A DNA stretch of 64,000 nt from assembly GCA_965644315.1 (NCBI GenBank), contig CBFFRQ010000034.1:1-64000 (forward strand), read 5' to 3'. The DNA is from Caecitellus pseudoparvulus (lineage: Eukaryota; Protista; Bigyra: Bicosoecida). The notes beneath the pieces are model-generated. The model was given only the letters and a program-made list of their open reading frames with translations. It was not told where the DNA came from and searched no databases. Positions 47,029-58,830 of the stretch are shown piece after piece (the stretch's first letter is position 1; each line of letters opens with the position of its first letter). The position numbers and the translations under genes are program-made.

Positions 47029-50000
47029 TCACCCCAGGCCCGACCCACCGCTGCCTGGCAGGACATACGGTCCTGAGTACGTGGGAGACGAGTGAGCGTA
47101 CACGGGCGGCTGGACACTGGTCTCCCCTACTGCGTTGGCTTCCGCGTCGGCACCGCCCCCCCTCCGGCCCCCATGCCCCGGCCGAGTCACGGGGGGCGTG
47201 TACGGCCGCCACTGCGACCCCTGACTCGCCTTGTGAGCCAGCAGCTGCAGCTCCAGCTGTGCGTCGCTAAGTTTGTCCTGCAGCTGTGCGTTTCGCCGCC
47301 GCAGGGCTGCCACGGCGTCTTCCAGTTCCGCCACAACAGCCGCCGCCGGTGGGTCTCGGCTTGTCTTCTGCACGCCTGTGGCAGACCTGGTCGCAGCCAC
47401 CGCGCGCTGGGCAGCGGGCAACGTCGCCACATGGACAGTCTGCACACCAACGTGTGCGACTTTGGTGGCCTGGGGGGCAGCCCGTGCCTCGAAACGCTTC
47501 ACGCGCGCCCGAGCCCGCGCTAGGGCCTTGCGCAGCTCAGCCACCTGCTCATCCACACGCCCCTGCCCAGCCACTTCCGCTCTGGCCGCAGCCTCTGACG
47601 CGCGCGCAGCTGCCGCATGCTGGGCAGTCTGCCGACTGCGCGCCAGGGCAGCGCCAGCACGCTTGTGCGCCGCAGCTGCCTTTGCCTCGGCATCTGCCGC
47701 ACGCTCCATCGCTGCAGCCTCGGCGTCAGCGGCAGCGGCGGCGGCGGCCTCACTCTCTGCCAGTTTGGCACGCAGAGAGGCCAATTCGTCGTCGCGCTGC
47801 TCTAAAGTTGCCCGTGCCGCCTGCAGCTGCTCCTGCAACTCACCGCGCTGCGAGTCCCACTGGGCGTACGTTTGTTCTGCGCGCTGCAGGAGGGATTGCT
47901 CCACCTCCTGCACGCGGTCCATGAGACTGGCCTTGTGGTCAGTCATGTCTTGCAGGGCGCGCTGCATGTCGCCCAGGTCCTGTCGGGCTTTGTGGGACGC
48001 CACCACCGCACAGTCCAGGTCGCTCTGCAGCTGTGCCTGCGTGGCCTTGGCCGCTGCTGCGTCTCGCTGCCCCGCCGCGCGCAGCTGCTCCACCTCGCCC
48101 TCCAACGCGCCGATGCGAGACTGAAGTCGGAACACGTGTTCGCGCTGACAACCCAACTCCGCCTTGGCTGCACGCCCCTCCTCCACTTCCCCTTGCATCT
48201 GCTCCAGCACCTGTAGAGTCTCGTGCACTTGCGACTGCAGGTCGCGAATACTGCGCTCTCGCCGCTTGATCTTCTCAGCCTGGCTCTCAACTTCGCCCTC
48301 GCTGGACGTGACACGACCTTGCAAATACTCAATGGTAGCATGCGCATCTTTCAGTTCCCCATCCACCTCACACCACTCTTGCCGCTGCAAAGCCAGGCCG
48401 GCCTCCAGCTCAGAGTTCGCTTGCTGAACGGCCGACAAACTTTGCTGCAGAACAGAGACACGAAAGGCGAGATCCAGCACCTTCTGAGAGAAAGCAGACT
48501 GATTTCCAATCTGACTTTCGATCGATTCCTCTAGTCTGCACTTTGCTGACCGAAGGTTGATAACTTCTGTCTCCAGCTCAGACACCCTCAACGCCGTCGC
48601 CTCAGCCCCACGCTCAAACTCAGCAATGCGACCCCGCGCACTCTCCAGCTCACCAGCCACCACCACATGCCGAGCCCGCCCCACACCCGACCGCCACACG
48701 TCAAACGCACCACGCACACTCCAACCGTGCACCGCCGACCGCGCACCCACCAGCGCCTCACACGCCCGACGCAGCTTCTCACGCCGCTCACCCGCTGCCA
48801 CACTCGCCTCCAGCTCAGACACCCTCAACGCCGTCGCCTCAGCCCCACGCTCAAACTCAGCAATGCGACCCCGCGCACTCTCCAGCTCCCTACACACCGC
48901 CACATGCCGAGCCCGCCCCACACCCGACCGCCACACGTCAAACGCACCACGCACACTCCAACCGTGCACCGCCGACCGCGCACCCACCAGCGCCTCACAC
49001 GCCCGACGCAGCTTCTCACGCCGCTCACCCGCTGCCACACTCGCCTCCAGCTCAGACACCCTCAACGCCGTCGCCTCAGCCCCACGCTCAAACTCAGCAA
49101 TGCGACCCCGCGCACTCTCCAGCTCACCAGCCACCACCACATGCCGAGCCCGCCCCACACACGACCGCCACACGTCAAACGCACCACGCACACTCCAACC
49201 GTGCACCGCCGACCGCGCACCCACCAGCGCCTCACACGCCCGACGCAGCTTCTCACGCCGCTCACCTGCTGCCACACTCGCCTCCAGCTCAGACACCCTC
49301 AACGCCGTCGCCTCAGCCCCACGCTCAAACTCAGCAATGCGACCCCGCGCACTCGCCAGCTCACCAACCACCGCCACATGCCGAGCCCGCCCCACACACG
49401 ACCGCCACACGTCAAACGCACCACGCACACTCCAACCGTGCACCGCCGACCGCGCACCCACCAGCGCCTCACACGCCCGACGCAGCTTCTCACGCCGCTC
49501 ACCCGCTGCCACACTCGCCTCCAGCTCAGACACCCTCAACGCCGTCGCCTCAGCCCCACGCTCAAACTCAGCAATGCGACCCCGCGCACTCTCCAGCTCA
49601 CCAGCCACCGCCACATGCCGAGCCCGCCCCACACACGACCGCCACACGTCAAACGCACCACGCACACTCCAACCGTGCACCGCCGACCGCGCACCCACCA
49701 GCGCCTCACACGCCCGACGCAGCTTCTCACGCCGCTCACCCGCTGCCACACACGCCTCCAGCTCAGACACCCTCAACGCCGTCGCCTCAGCCCCACGCTC
49801 AAACTCAGCAATGCGACCCCGCGCACTCTCCAGCTCACCAACCACCGCCACATGCCGAGCCCGCCCCACACACGACCACCACACGTCAAACGCACCACGC
49901 ACACTCCAACCGTGCACCGCCGACCGCGCACCCACCAGCGCCTCACACGCCCGACGCAGCTTCTCACGCCGCTCACCCGCTGCCACACTCGCCTCCAGCT

Positions 50001-53000
50001 CAGACACCCTCAACGCCGTCGCCTCAGCCCCACGCTCAAACTCAGCAATGCGACCCCGCGCACTCTCCAGCTCACCAGCCACCACCACATGCCGAGCCCG
50101 CCCCACACACGACCGCCACACGTCAAACGCACCACGCACACTCCAACCGTGCACCGCCGACCGCGCACCCACCAGCGCCTCACACGCCCGACGCAGCTTC
50201 TCACGCCGCTCACCTGCTGCCACACTCGCCTCCAGCTCAGACACCCTCAACGCCGTCGCCTCAGCCCCACGCTCAAACTCAGCAATGCGACCCCGCGCAC
50301 TCTCCAGCTCACCAACCACCGCCACATGCCGAGCCCGCCCCACACCCGACCGCCACACGTCAAACGCACCACGCACACTCCAACCGTGCACCGCCGACCG
50401 CGCACCCACCAGCGCCTCACACGCCCGACGCAGCTTCTCACGCCGCTCACCCGCTGCCACACTCGCCTCCAGCTCAGACACCCTCAACGCCGTCGCCTCA
50501 GCCCCACGCTCAAACTCAGCAATGCGACCCCGCGCACTCTCCAGCTCACCAGCCACCGCCACATGCCGAGCCCGCCCCACACACGACCGCCACACGTCAA
50601 ACGCACCACGCACACTCCAACCGTGCACCGCCGACCGCGCACCCACCAGCGCCTCACACGCCCGACGCAGCTTCTCACGCCGCTCACCCGCTGCCACACT
50701 CGCCTCCAGCTCAGACACCCTCAACGCCGTCGCCTCAGCCCCACGCTCAAACTCAGCAATGCGACCCCGCGCACTCTCCAGCTCACCAGCCACCGCCACA
50801 TGCCGAGCCCGCCCCACACCCGACCGCCACACGTCAAACGCACCACGCACACTCCAACCGTGCACCGCCGACCGCGCACCCACCAGCGCCTCACACGCCC
50901 GACGCAGCTTCTCACGCCGCTCACCCGCTGCCACAGATGCCTTAAGCGCTTTGACAACGCCACGCAAGCGCTCATTTTCGGGCTCAATCTCTTGTACTTC
51001 AGATATGGCCTCCGCCATCGCACCACGCAGCTCCTCGATCTTGCTTTGCATCTCGGAAATGTTTTCCTCAGCGAGCTCTCCTTGCTTGGCACTCGTTGTC
51101 AGACCCGACCAGTGCGCGAACGCTCCACGCAGGGCAAACGCTTGCAAGCTGGTGCGCCTTGCGTGCACGGTGCGGACGAAGGCAGTCAGGGTCGACTTGT
51201 GGTGTTGCTGCCTGGCTTGGCGCACCGTGCCTGTGCCGTAGCAGTGCAGCGTCCAGTGCTGAAAGGCCCGGCGCAGCGCCTGAGAGCGAGTTGACATTTG
51301 CTGCGACGACAGCGCAAGCTTGAGTGCTGCCGACTGCTGAGTGGCATGTCGCAGTGCGAGCTCAGCCTCGGCTGCCTGCGATGCCGCCTTCCCAGCTGCT
51401 TCTCGAGCAGCCTCGGCCTGCTTGCTAGCTGCAGCCTTCGCTTTGGCCAGCTGAGCGTTCAGCTGCGTGATTTGCTGTGACATGATCTCCACCTGTCCGC
51501 TGGCTCGCTTGGCGTCGTCTTGAGACGCTTGCAGTTCCGCCTGTGTCTGGCTCAGGCGCTCCTGCAGCTCAGCGGCTGCTGGGGCCAGCGTTTCAATGTC
51601 GGCCATGGCCCCTTGCACCTCGTTCTGCAGGTCAGCCTGCCGCACAGAGGAGTCGAAGAGCTCCTCCTCCAGCTCCCGGATGCGGTCGGAAAGGCCCTGC
51701 ATGCCTCTGCGAGCCACCTGCACAGAGTGGTCCAGTGCGTTGGCGGGCGTGCCGCGACCGTGCCGAGGGGAGGTGGACGGCTCGCGTGCAGAGGACGTCT
51801 CGCCGTCCATGGCGGCGTGGTAGGTGTCCAGCAGACTGGACGCCGCCACGTGGCACCGCGTCTCCATGTCTGCCGCCCACGTCATCTGCACGTCCACCAG
51901 GGCGCGCAGTGTGCTGGTTTCCAGCAACAGGAGTCGGGCCGCGTCCAGCAACTGCTCGCCATGCATCGTGCCGAGTGAAGCCAGGCTAAGGCCCTGGCTG
52001 CTGCCACTGCCACTGTCACTGGGCTGGCGCAGGCGCTGGGGCGAGACGGGTTGGCTGCCTGACGCGTGGGGTGTGCTGGGGGCCGTCACTCCCTCGCTCG
52101 AACTGACACCCCGTGACGGCGCGTCAGTCCATGCCGAGGCAACACTAGGAGACGCAGGCAGGGGGTGGCGGGAGGGTTGCCAGCCCTGCGATGCGTCTGT
52201 GGTGCCTGACTGGTGAGATGGCGCCCTTGAGTGCACCGGTGGCGCCGCTGCTCCATCGGCTCCGTCGGTCTGTGCGTGTGAGGCACTGGCCCCCGAGCCA
52301 CAAGGGGCATCGGGTGGTGCTGGCGCTGCCGGGCTGGCCGTGGGTGGAGCAGCGCCCTCCACAGCTGCTGATAGCGCCTGGAAGAGGGCTAGTGGTGCCA
52401 CGCCCTGTGACGCGCCGCCTGGGTGCTGCCCCCCCGCCACAGAGCGCTCGCTTTGAGCAGAAGCACTGTGCACCGAGGCAGCACCCGGTGAAGAAGTGGT
52501 GGTGGGGGGGGGCAGGTGCAGGGGTGTGAGGGGCATGCCGGCCTGCCGCTGCAGCGCGTGCAGCTGTTGGAAAATGCGGTGGTGCAGGGACTGGGCGGGG
52601 ATGTGTCGCCCCTGCGCCACGGCTGCTTGCATGGAGCGAAGCTCAGCCAGCACCGGCTGGGCAGACGCCTGAAAGCCCTGCACCTCCCGAGACAGGGAGG
52701 GGTCTTGGCCGGCAGAGGGAGGGGGGCGCACGTTTGCGGCCTGGTCAGTCACGGAGAGCCGTGTGGGCGGCGTGCTGCGACTGGCCAGGCCGTGGGCAGT
52801 GCTCGTGCCAAGTTGCATGCTTGCAGCACTGCGGGCCGTGACGCCTTGTGCCCCCACACTGCCTTGCACAGGCGAGCGGTGGGATAGTGAGGCGGCGCTG
52901 GCGGTGGAAGGTGAGTAGGCGTACGTCCTGGATACGCCAGACGCGGAGAACTCTGCAGGACCTGCGGGTGAGGGAGAAAAGCGTGTGCGTTTCACGGCGA

Positions 53001-53504
53001 AACTCTCCTGCGCACATCACCGGCAGTGCCGCGGCATGGATGCAGCCCTCCCAGCCACCAGGCCGGCACAATGGTGCAGTGTGTAATGTAAACGTTGCTG
53101 TCCAAGGCTAGTGGCACCGGAGCTTCCCACGCACCGTGCTCTTCGCCCAACGCTTGCAGCAACGTCCAACCTTCACACGCATCCGGGCCAGGCGCGAATC
53201 CTGCCACCAGGCGCTGCCAGACGTCCGGGAAGCGCTCCTCCGTCACGCCCTCGGAGAAGTTAGCGGTCGTGACGCCATCTTTCTCGAAGATGGTCACGTC
53301 AACTTGGCGCTTGCCGGCGCTGGTCGGCGGCACCACTCTCAGCTTGCACGTCCGACCGTTCACCACACGGTGAACTTCGTGGCCGACGAAATCGAGCACA
53401 CTGGTCGCCCCTGACACCACCGACGCATCTGAAGGCGATGCAATCCACTGCTGCAGCCCAGGCTGGCCCGTCGAGGCCGCACTTTCGGCGCTGTCAGGCT
53501 GCAT
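47029..53504 (-). CDS. Large coiled-coil protein (~2100 aa) with ten 79-aa tandem repeats carrying Sfi1-like RxAFxxW motifs
   Basis: Exon 1 53504-53135 (MQPDSAE...EEH) splices in frame through intron 53134-52962 to the 1988-codon ORF; heptad-rich segments; LRRAFQHW, LRGAFAHW and 10x VRGAFDVW. Confidence 0.8.
48571..50933. repeat. Coding minisatellite, 237-bp unit x10, near-identical
   Basis: Shadow ORFs recur every 237 bp (48588, 48825 ... 50721); unit encodes RVSELEASVAAGERREKLRRACEALVGARSAVHGWSVRGAFDVWRS[GC]VGRARHVAVAGELESARGRIAEFERGAEATAL. Confidence 0.97.
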
Positions 53505-53831
53505 GGCTGGCTGCACTGCACCTGCGCAGTGCGGTGCCAAGTCACACCAGCTCGCTGCCCAACTGCCGCAGAGCACAGCTCAGCACGCTGAGCAGTGCGA
53601 TTGTAAAACTGCCAAGGGGGCTTGCACTCCCCTCAGCGTCGGGCTGCGGTGAGTGTGGAAGGTCTTTGGATTTGGACGGCTTCTCTCTCTGGCTTCGCAG
53701 CGCTGGCTGAGATTCCAACAGATGCATCGCGAGGCCCCCGAAGGCACAGAGTGGGGCCCGCAAAGGTTCGATGCGCCGTGTCTCCCTGCATTTCAAGCTC
53801 CCTGGGACTCGTTTCGTGCAGCATCCGGCGC

Positions 53832-55126
53832 TCACTCGCCGCCTGTGGCCTTGACCACCGCTGCGCACGCCCTGAAACGCGCCAAGCACGCCTTGGCACT
53901 CTTGCCCTCCAGGCCGGGCTGTTTGGACACCCACTTCCACTTGGCCGACACAGCTGCCTTCACCGCCGCTCGCCCCAGGCCAGAGGTGCTCTTTCCCAGC
54001 TCAGGTGGCATATTCCGCAGCGCAGTTTCAAGGGCCGCTTGCTCCTCGGCGCTCCACGCAATCGGCGCAGGGGCAGGGGGAGAGTCAGCACTGGTGGTTT
54101 GTTTCGGCTTGCCTGATGCTGCGTTTCGCAGGGACTTGACCATGGCGCTGACATCTGCCACCGTGCAGCCGTCGCCGATGAAGTCAGCGATTCTATCAAA
54201 TCTGTGCCGCGTGCCGCCGGGAAACTTCGCCAGCGCACGCGAGAGCCGGTGCAGCGCGTCGGCAGTGACTCGGAAGGCGCCGCCCTGCTCCGGCGGCGAG
54301 TCACTCTCGTCGCTGCTGTGGTCGTCCGAGTCACTGTCGGAGTCACCGCCCCCCCCGCGCTGGCCACGAGCCTTGGCCGCTGCTGCCCGCACACTCTGCG
54401 TCGCACTCTCAGCTGCAGCTGCTGCCGCGGCGTGCGCTTCGCGTTGGCGCCGCGCTTTTGCCTGGACCTTGCGCAACGCAGCAGCCGACGCCTGTGAAGC
54501 CGCCGCAGCGGCAGCTGCTTCCGCCTCCGCTGCAGCCCTGGACTTGGCCAGGGCTGCATCCAGAGACCGCCCCGCTGACTTGCCTGCCTTCTTGCTGCGC
54601 TGCTTCCAGGCCAGGTACACGGCAGGCGCTGTGGCCAGTGCGGTGACTGCAAGCACGCCGAGCCAGGCCAGCGGCGTGTCCTCCACAGCAGACATGCCAG
54701 CGGCACGCGACGCCGCTTCGAAGGATGAGTAACGGTGCGTGTCTTCCTCTGCCAGGTCTCCTTTGTCGTACGCTGCGCGCAACTCCTCGTCCTTCAGCAC
54801 CTCGTACGCTGTGCAGAGAGCGTGGCGCCGGTTGGCGTGTGCGTGCGGAAATTGAGCCAGGCACACGCTGCCACCGTGCCCTGCTCCACCGCACCATTCA
54901 CGATGTCCGTGAACGCCTCCTCTGCAGCAGCTTTCTCCTCAGCTGGGACTTTGTCCGGGTGGTACTTCAACGCCAGCTTTCGATACGCGCGTGTGATGTC
55001 GCGTTGGCTGGCCGTCGGCGGCACACCCAGCACGCCGTACAGATCCTGCCCACTGTCGCCGCTGCTCGCGAGGCACACGGTTGACGCTGCCAGCAGGGCT
55101 GTGAAGAGGAACTTCGTGATGCCCAT
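53832..55126 (-). CDS. DnaJ protein with signal peptide, TM helix and two SANT/Myb-like domains (DNAJC1/ERdj1-like)
   Basis: Exons 55126-54895 and 54808-53832: DLYGVLGV...[13 protein letters not shown]...[16 protein letters not shown]; TM; [20 protein letters not shown]; [13 protein letters not shown]...[11 protein letters not shown]. Confidence 0.88.
54845..54853. promoter_or_regulatory. Recurrent motif in DnaJ gene intron 1
   Basis: GTGCGGAAATTGAG within intron 54894-54809. Confidence 0.55.
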
Positions 55127-55335
55127 CTTGCAGTGTGCCTGTCGCTTGCGCTGCTCCCAGCCCTGGCTTCGCGCACTCGCTGAGCGGCGTGTGTGGGACA
55201 AACGCCGCTCGCAAGCCCGCGAGAGCGGAACACTGCCTCAGGACAGTGAATGGTCACAAGTGCATACATGCCTCCCTGCCCAGGGCATGTACGCTGGCAG
55301 GAGTTGCATTTTTGTGTGTCGTGGGCAGTTGCCTG

Positions 55336-56235
55336 TCAGCGCGGCTCAGGCGTGGGCGGGGCGTCTGCTGCGTTGCCACCCTCCTCCTCCTGCAGCAACG
55401 CACCAGTGGCGGGGTCAACCTCCACGGCCACCGTGGTGGGGTTCACATACGTGTGCCCTGTGCCGTCAAAGACACCCGTGGGCACTTCTCCTGCTGCGTT
55501 CACGAGCAGCACTGGTTGACCCGCCCAGGGCTTCAAGCGCTCCATGCCTGCCACAGCTGGGTCAGTGGTGTGGGAGGGGGGTGGTGCTCCAACACGAGGA
55601 GCGGGTGTAAAGCGGGGGTCCAGCTGCAGGCGCGTATTACGCGCTTCGTCCATCAGCACCACCCGCCCCATCAGCATGCGCAGCTCAGGCCGCCCCGCTC
55701 TCACGCCGAGCTCAGACACCACCACACTGCCGCCACCCGCACCACTCGCCCCCGCAGCTGCAGGAACAGAGGAAGCAGGTGCAGACAGCAGGATGCGCTC
55801 AGCCACCAGCGTCTTCACCGCCATCTGCCGGTGCTTGCGCAGCAGGCTCAGGCCAGCCGTAATGGCGACAGCGCCGCTGTGCGGGGGGAAGGACGTAAGG
55901 GAGTGACTCGGGCAGTGAAGCGGCGACACAATGCAGCAACGCACATTAGAATTGCGTTTGTGACCTCCAGAAACTGCACGCGGGCTTCCAGGTCTGCGCA
56001 GATGGCAGCGCAGAGTGTGCTGCTGAGGCGTGTGCGGAAATTGACTCGCCACACACGCACCTCCAGCCTGCACAGCCCCCGCACCTCCACTCCCCGTCCC
56101 GGGCACACCAGTGGACAGCTGTGGCAGTTCGCTCCTGTCGGAGGGCTTGATGCCCGCTTGTTTGCGCTTGTGGTGGTTGGCAAGCAGTCGCTCTTCGAAG
56201 CTCTGCTGTGGCGGGTCGGGTGGTGTCTGAGCCAT
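55336..56235 (-). CDS. Hypothetical single-pass membrane protein (3 exons)
   Basis: MAQTPPDPP...VQAG/DLEARVQFLEVTNAIL/IGAVAITAGLSLLRKHRQ... joined by two GTGCGT...CAG introns; no family recognised. Confidence 0.6.
   Translation of the reverse strand: MAQTPPDPPQQSFEERLLANHHKRKQAGIKPSDRSELPQLSTGVPGTGSGGAGAVQAGGACVASQFPHTPQQHTLRCHLRRPGSPRAVSGGHKRNSNVRCCIVSPLHCPSHSLTSFPPHSGAVAITAGLSLLRKHRQMAVKTLVAERILLSAPASSVPAAAGASGAGGGSVVVSELGVRAGRPELRMLMGRVVLMDEARNTRLQLDPRFTPAPRVGAPPPSHTTDPAVAGMERLKPWAGQPVLLVNAAGEVPTGVFDGTGHTYVNPTTVAVEVDPATGALLQEEEGGNAADAPPTPEPR
56034..56042. promoter_or_regulatory. Recurrent motif in intron 1 of the hypothetical TM gene
   Basis: GTGCGGAAATTGAC within the first intron. Confidence 0.55.
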
Positions 56236-56454
56236 GGCTCGCTGCTCACGCTCTGTGAACTTGAGGGCTGATTCAGTCACAGGGGGCGCGCTGCGGTGAA
56301 AAAGGGGGTAGTAGGCGGTAGTGGGGCGTGCCCTCCAGTTCGTTGGTGCTGTAGTTTTTGTGATAACGTAGTTGTCAAATTAGCGACAGATCGAATCAGT
56401 GTCTGCCTCCTTGTCCACACTTCGCCTGGCACTACAGCAGACCCACAGTTGAGC

Positions 56455-57722
56455 ATGGCTCGAGTGGCACTCCCCTTTCAGGAGGGCGATGAAGAGAAGT
56501 TGGGGGAGTTTCTGAGAGGCACCGGGGAAGGCGATGCCCTGGTGCACTTGGTGGTGACGGGCGACGCGCTGGCACTGCACTCAGCGGAAAGCGTGGTGAG
56601 GGGCGGGTGCGGAAATCGGTGCCCTGCACACGGCACACGCACCGCCGCCCTTGGTCACACAGACGGCGGAGAGCGAGGCCGCTCTGCTGGATGCCCTCCC
56701 GGAGCATGCCTCTGGTGTTGCATCTGCGAGTCTGTTCTTGCTGAAGGTGGGCTCGCCCAGTTGGCGCCTGGTTACCTACGCGGACGACAGCTTGCACAGC
56801 GCCAAGGCGAAGATGCTGGTGGCGCTGACGCAAGAGACGCTGCAGAAACAGCTCTCCTTCGTCAAGTTCCTGCCCAGTGCGTGCGGGTCCCCCTTTGACG
56901 GCTGGCCCCTGAAGCTTATCTCTGCCTGTACTTGTGCCAGGCTTGCACTGCCCCTGCCGTGCTGCCCACAGGCCACCACGCGACGAGCCTGGACGAACTG
57001 AATGCTGCTGCGCTGCACGACAGCAGTGACTCGGCTGCGCAGGAGGCACCCCTGTCGCAGGCAGAGCGAGCGGCTGTGACCGTGGCAGCTGCGGAATCTG
57101 AAGCCAGGCAGGCGGGAGCGCAGGGTGGTACTGAAGTACCTTTCAAGGCCAGCGAAGCACTGCTGGCTGCATTGTCAGGCTTTGCAGAGGGCGCGCTGCT
57201 CATTGTGCGTGGATGCTGGGCAGGTGCGCTGGGCATGCGGCGCACACGTGCCCTCACTGCGTTTCACAGAACCTGGACGCGAGTGAGCGGTTTCACCTGC
57301 TGAGTCAGCACAGCAGCGTGCAGGCTGCCAAGGCAGCTCTGCCTGAGGACGACGCGGCGTACCTGCTGTTCCACACGCAAGGGGCAGGTGGTGGTGTGAA
57401 GCTGCTGCTGTGGTGTCCTGATGGGACAGGTGCGAAAACTCGTATGGTGGCTAGCACGGCGAAAGGCGCCCTCCGATCTCACGCAGAGGCAGCTGGAGTG
57501 GTAGTGGTGGGCAGTGGCGATGCACATGACATGGAGGATGTGGAGGAGGTGCTGGGCGCGGGTGGTCCCGCCGCCGTCGCTGCATCCGCTGCCGCCGCGT
57601 CAGCTGATGACTCAGCTGCAGTGCAGCAGCTGCAATTCGCCAAGCCAGCTGCGCCGGGAGCTGGCCGGCGTAAGCCCCGCAAGACGCGCGGCAAGCCGCA
57701 AATGGCGTTCATGGACGTGTAA
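56455..57722 (+). CDS. Twinfilin-like actin-binding protein (two ADF-H domains, capping-protein-binding tail)
   Basis: Four exons; WRLVTYADDS...KAKMLVALT, APLSQAE linker, LLWCPDGTGAKTRMVAST, C-terminal FAKPAAPGAGRR. Confidence 0.8.
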
Positions 57723-57791
57723 TGCACCATGCATGCATTGGACACTTCCCCTGTTCGAGCAGGTGGCGTTTTTGCTGCGCGCACACACCGC

Positions 57792-58590
57792 TCACGCCTT
57801 GCTGCCTTTGAGCGCTTTCTTCACAGCACACACCAAGCCCGACTTCTGCGCTGCAAGGTACAGCGTGCCCATGAACAGCCCGAGCAGGCCAATGTCCGAG
57901 ATGATGGCACCCGCATACCTTCCTTTGGGTCCCTTGGACTTATACCCAGCCGAGTACAGCACGCGGCCAATGAGAAACGTCACGCTGCAGGCTCCCGCAA
58001 GGAAGGGCTGGTGCTGTGCGTTGGCCGCCAGCAGGCCGGAGAAGATTGCCAGGCTCTCCACAGTGTTGTAGTGCGTGCGCTGGGCGATGTTGAAGCGCGC
58101 CCAGTCCTCGAAGGGCAGCAGCGCGGCGATGGGGCCGTTCCCTGTGTCAGAGAAAGCCGTGTGAGGCGTGGTGTGCAGCGTCGCAATACGCAGCACACGC
58201 GCCACCGACAGCGACGGCAAGGCATGCCACGCACCCATGTCGGGGTAGCCGTCTTCAATATCCTGTCCAAAGGTAGCCTTGAACTTCTCAGACATCACTT
58301 GGTACTGTGCACGGGTCAGGCGTCGGCGGAGGTGGGCGTGCGGAAATTGGAACCCTTTCCGCACACGGCCCGCTCCGCACCTCAGGCTTGGCCTTGAACT
58401 CCTCCGACTCGAAGAGCTCCTTGCGCAGCTTCATAACGTCAAACATCTGGCTCGCCACATACACCGTCAGGCCGCCCATGCTCACTGCGATCATGGTCTG
58501 CCCGATTCGGGTGAGCGGGCAGCCGCTGCCGCTGGGGCAGCTGCCGCTGCCCTTCATGGGGCAGGTGCCAGAGGGAGCTGCTGCTGCCAT
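57792..58590 (-). CDS. MAPEG-family protein (microsomal glutathione S-transferase 3-like)
   Basis: Three exons; GYPDMG/NGP...WARFNIAQRTHYNTVE...FLIGRVLYSAGYKSKGPKGRYAG. Confidence 0.9.
58340..58348. promoter_or_regulatory. Recurrent motif in MAPEG intron 1
   Basis: GTGCGGAAATTGG within the first intron. Confidence 0.55.
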
Positions 58591-58830
58591 GGCGAGGGGG
58601 GTTGGAGATGGATTCCAGGTATGCGTGTGGGGCGTTTCAGCACTTGTTTCGAGGCGGGTGGAGAAGGTAAGTGTTTCAGGTTTGGCGCGCCCTGCTCAGA
58701 TGAGGATGGAGCAAGAATGCGCCCCCACGCCCAACGACTCGCAGCTGTCAAGCTCGCGCTCTGTGGGCAAAGATCTGGCCTCAACCTGCTCTGCCCGCGG
58801 GGTCTCTGGCGAGCGTGCAGTCGCACGTGC

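Noticed and set aside
48557-51294. Two long + strand ORFs (894 and 875 aa) antisense to the coiled-coil gene
   Set aside because: They are open only because the T-poor 237-bp unit lacks stops and is a multiple of 3; they end shortly beyond the repeat and have low-complexity products.
54845-54856. CAATTTCCGC motif as the spliceosomal branch point
   Set aside because: It is reversed in CFAP58 and twinfilin introns, occurs outside introns (21261), is absent from most later introns and lies at variable distance from the acceptor; not fully excluded.
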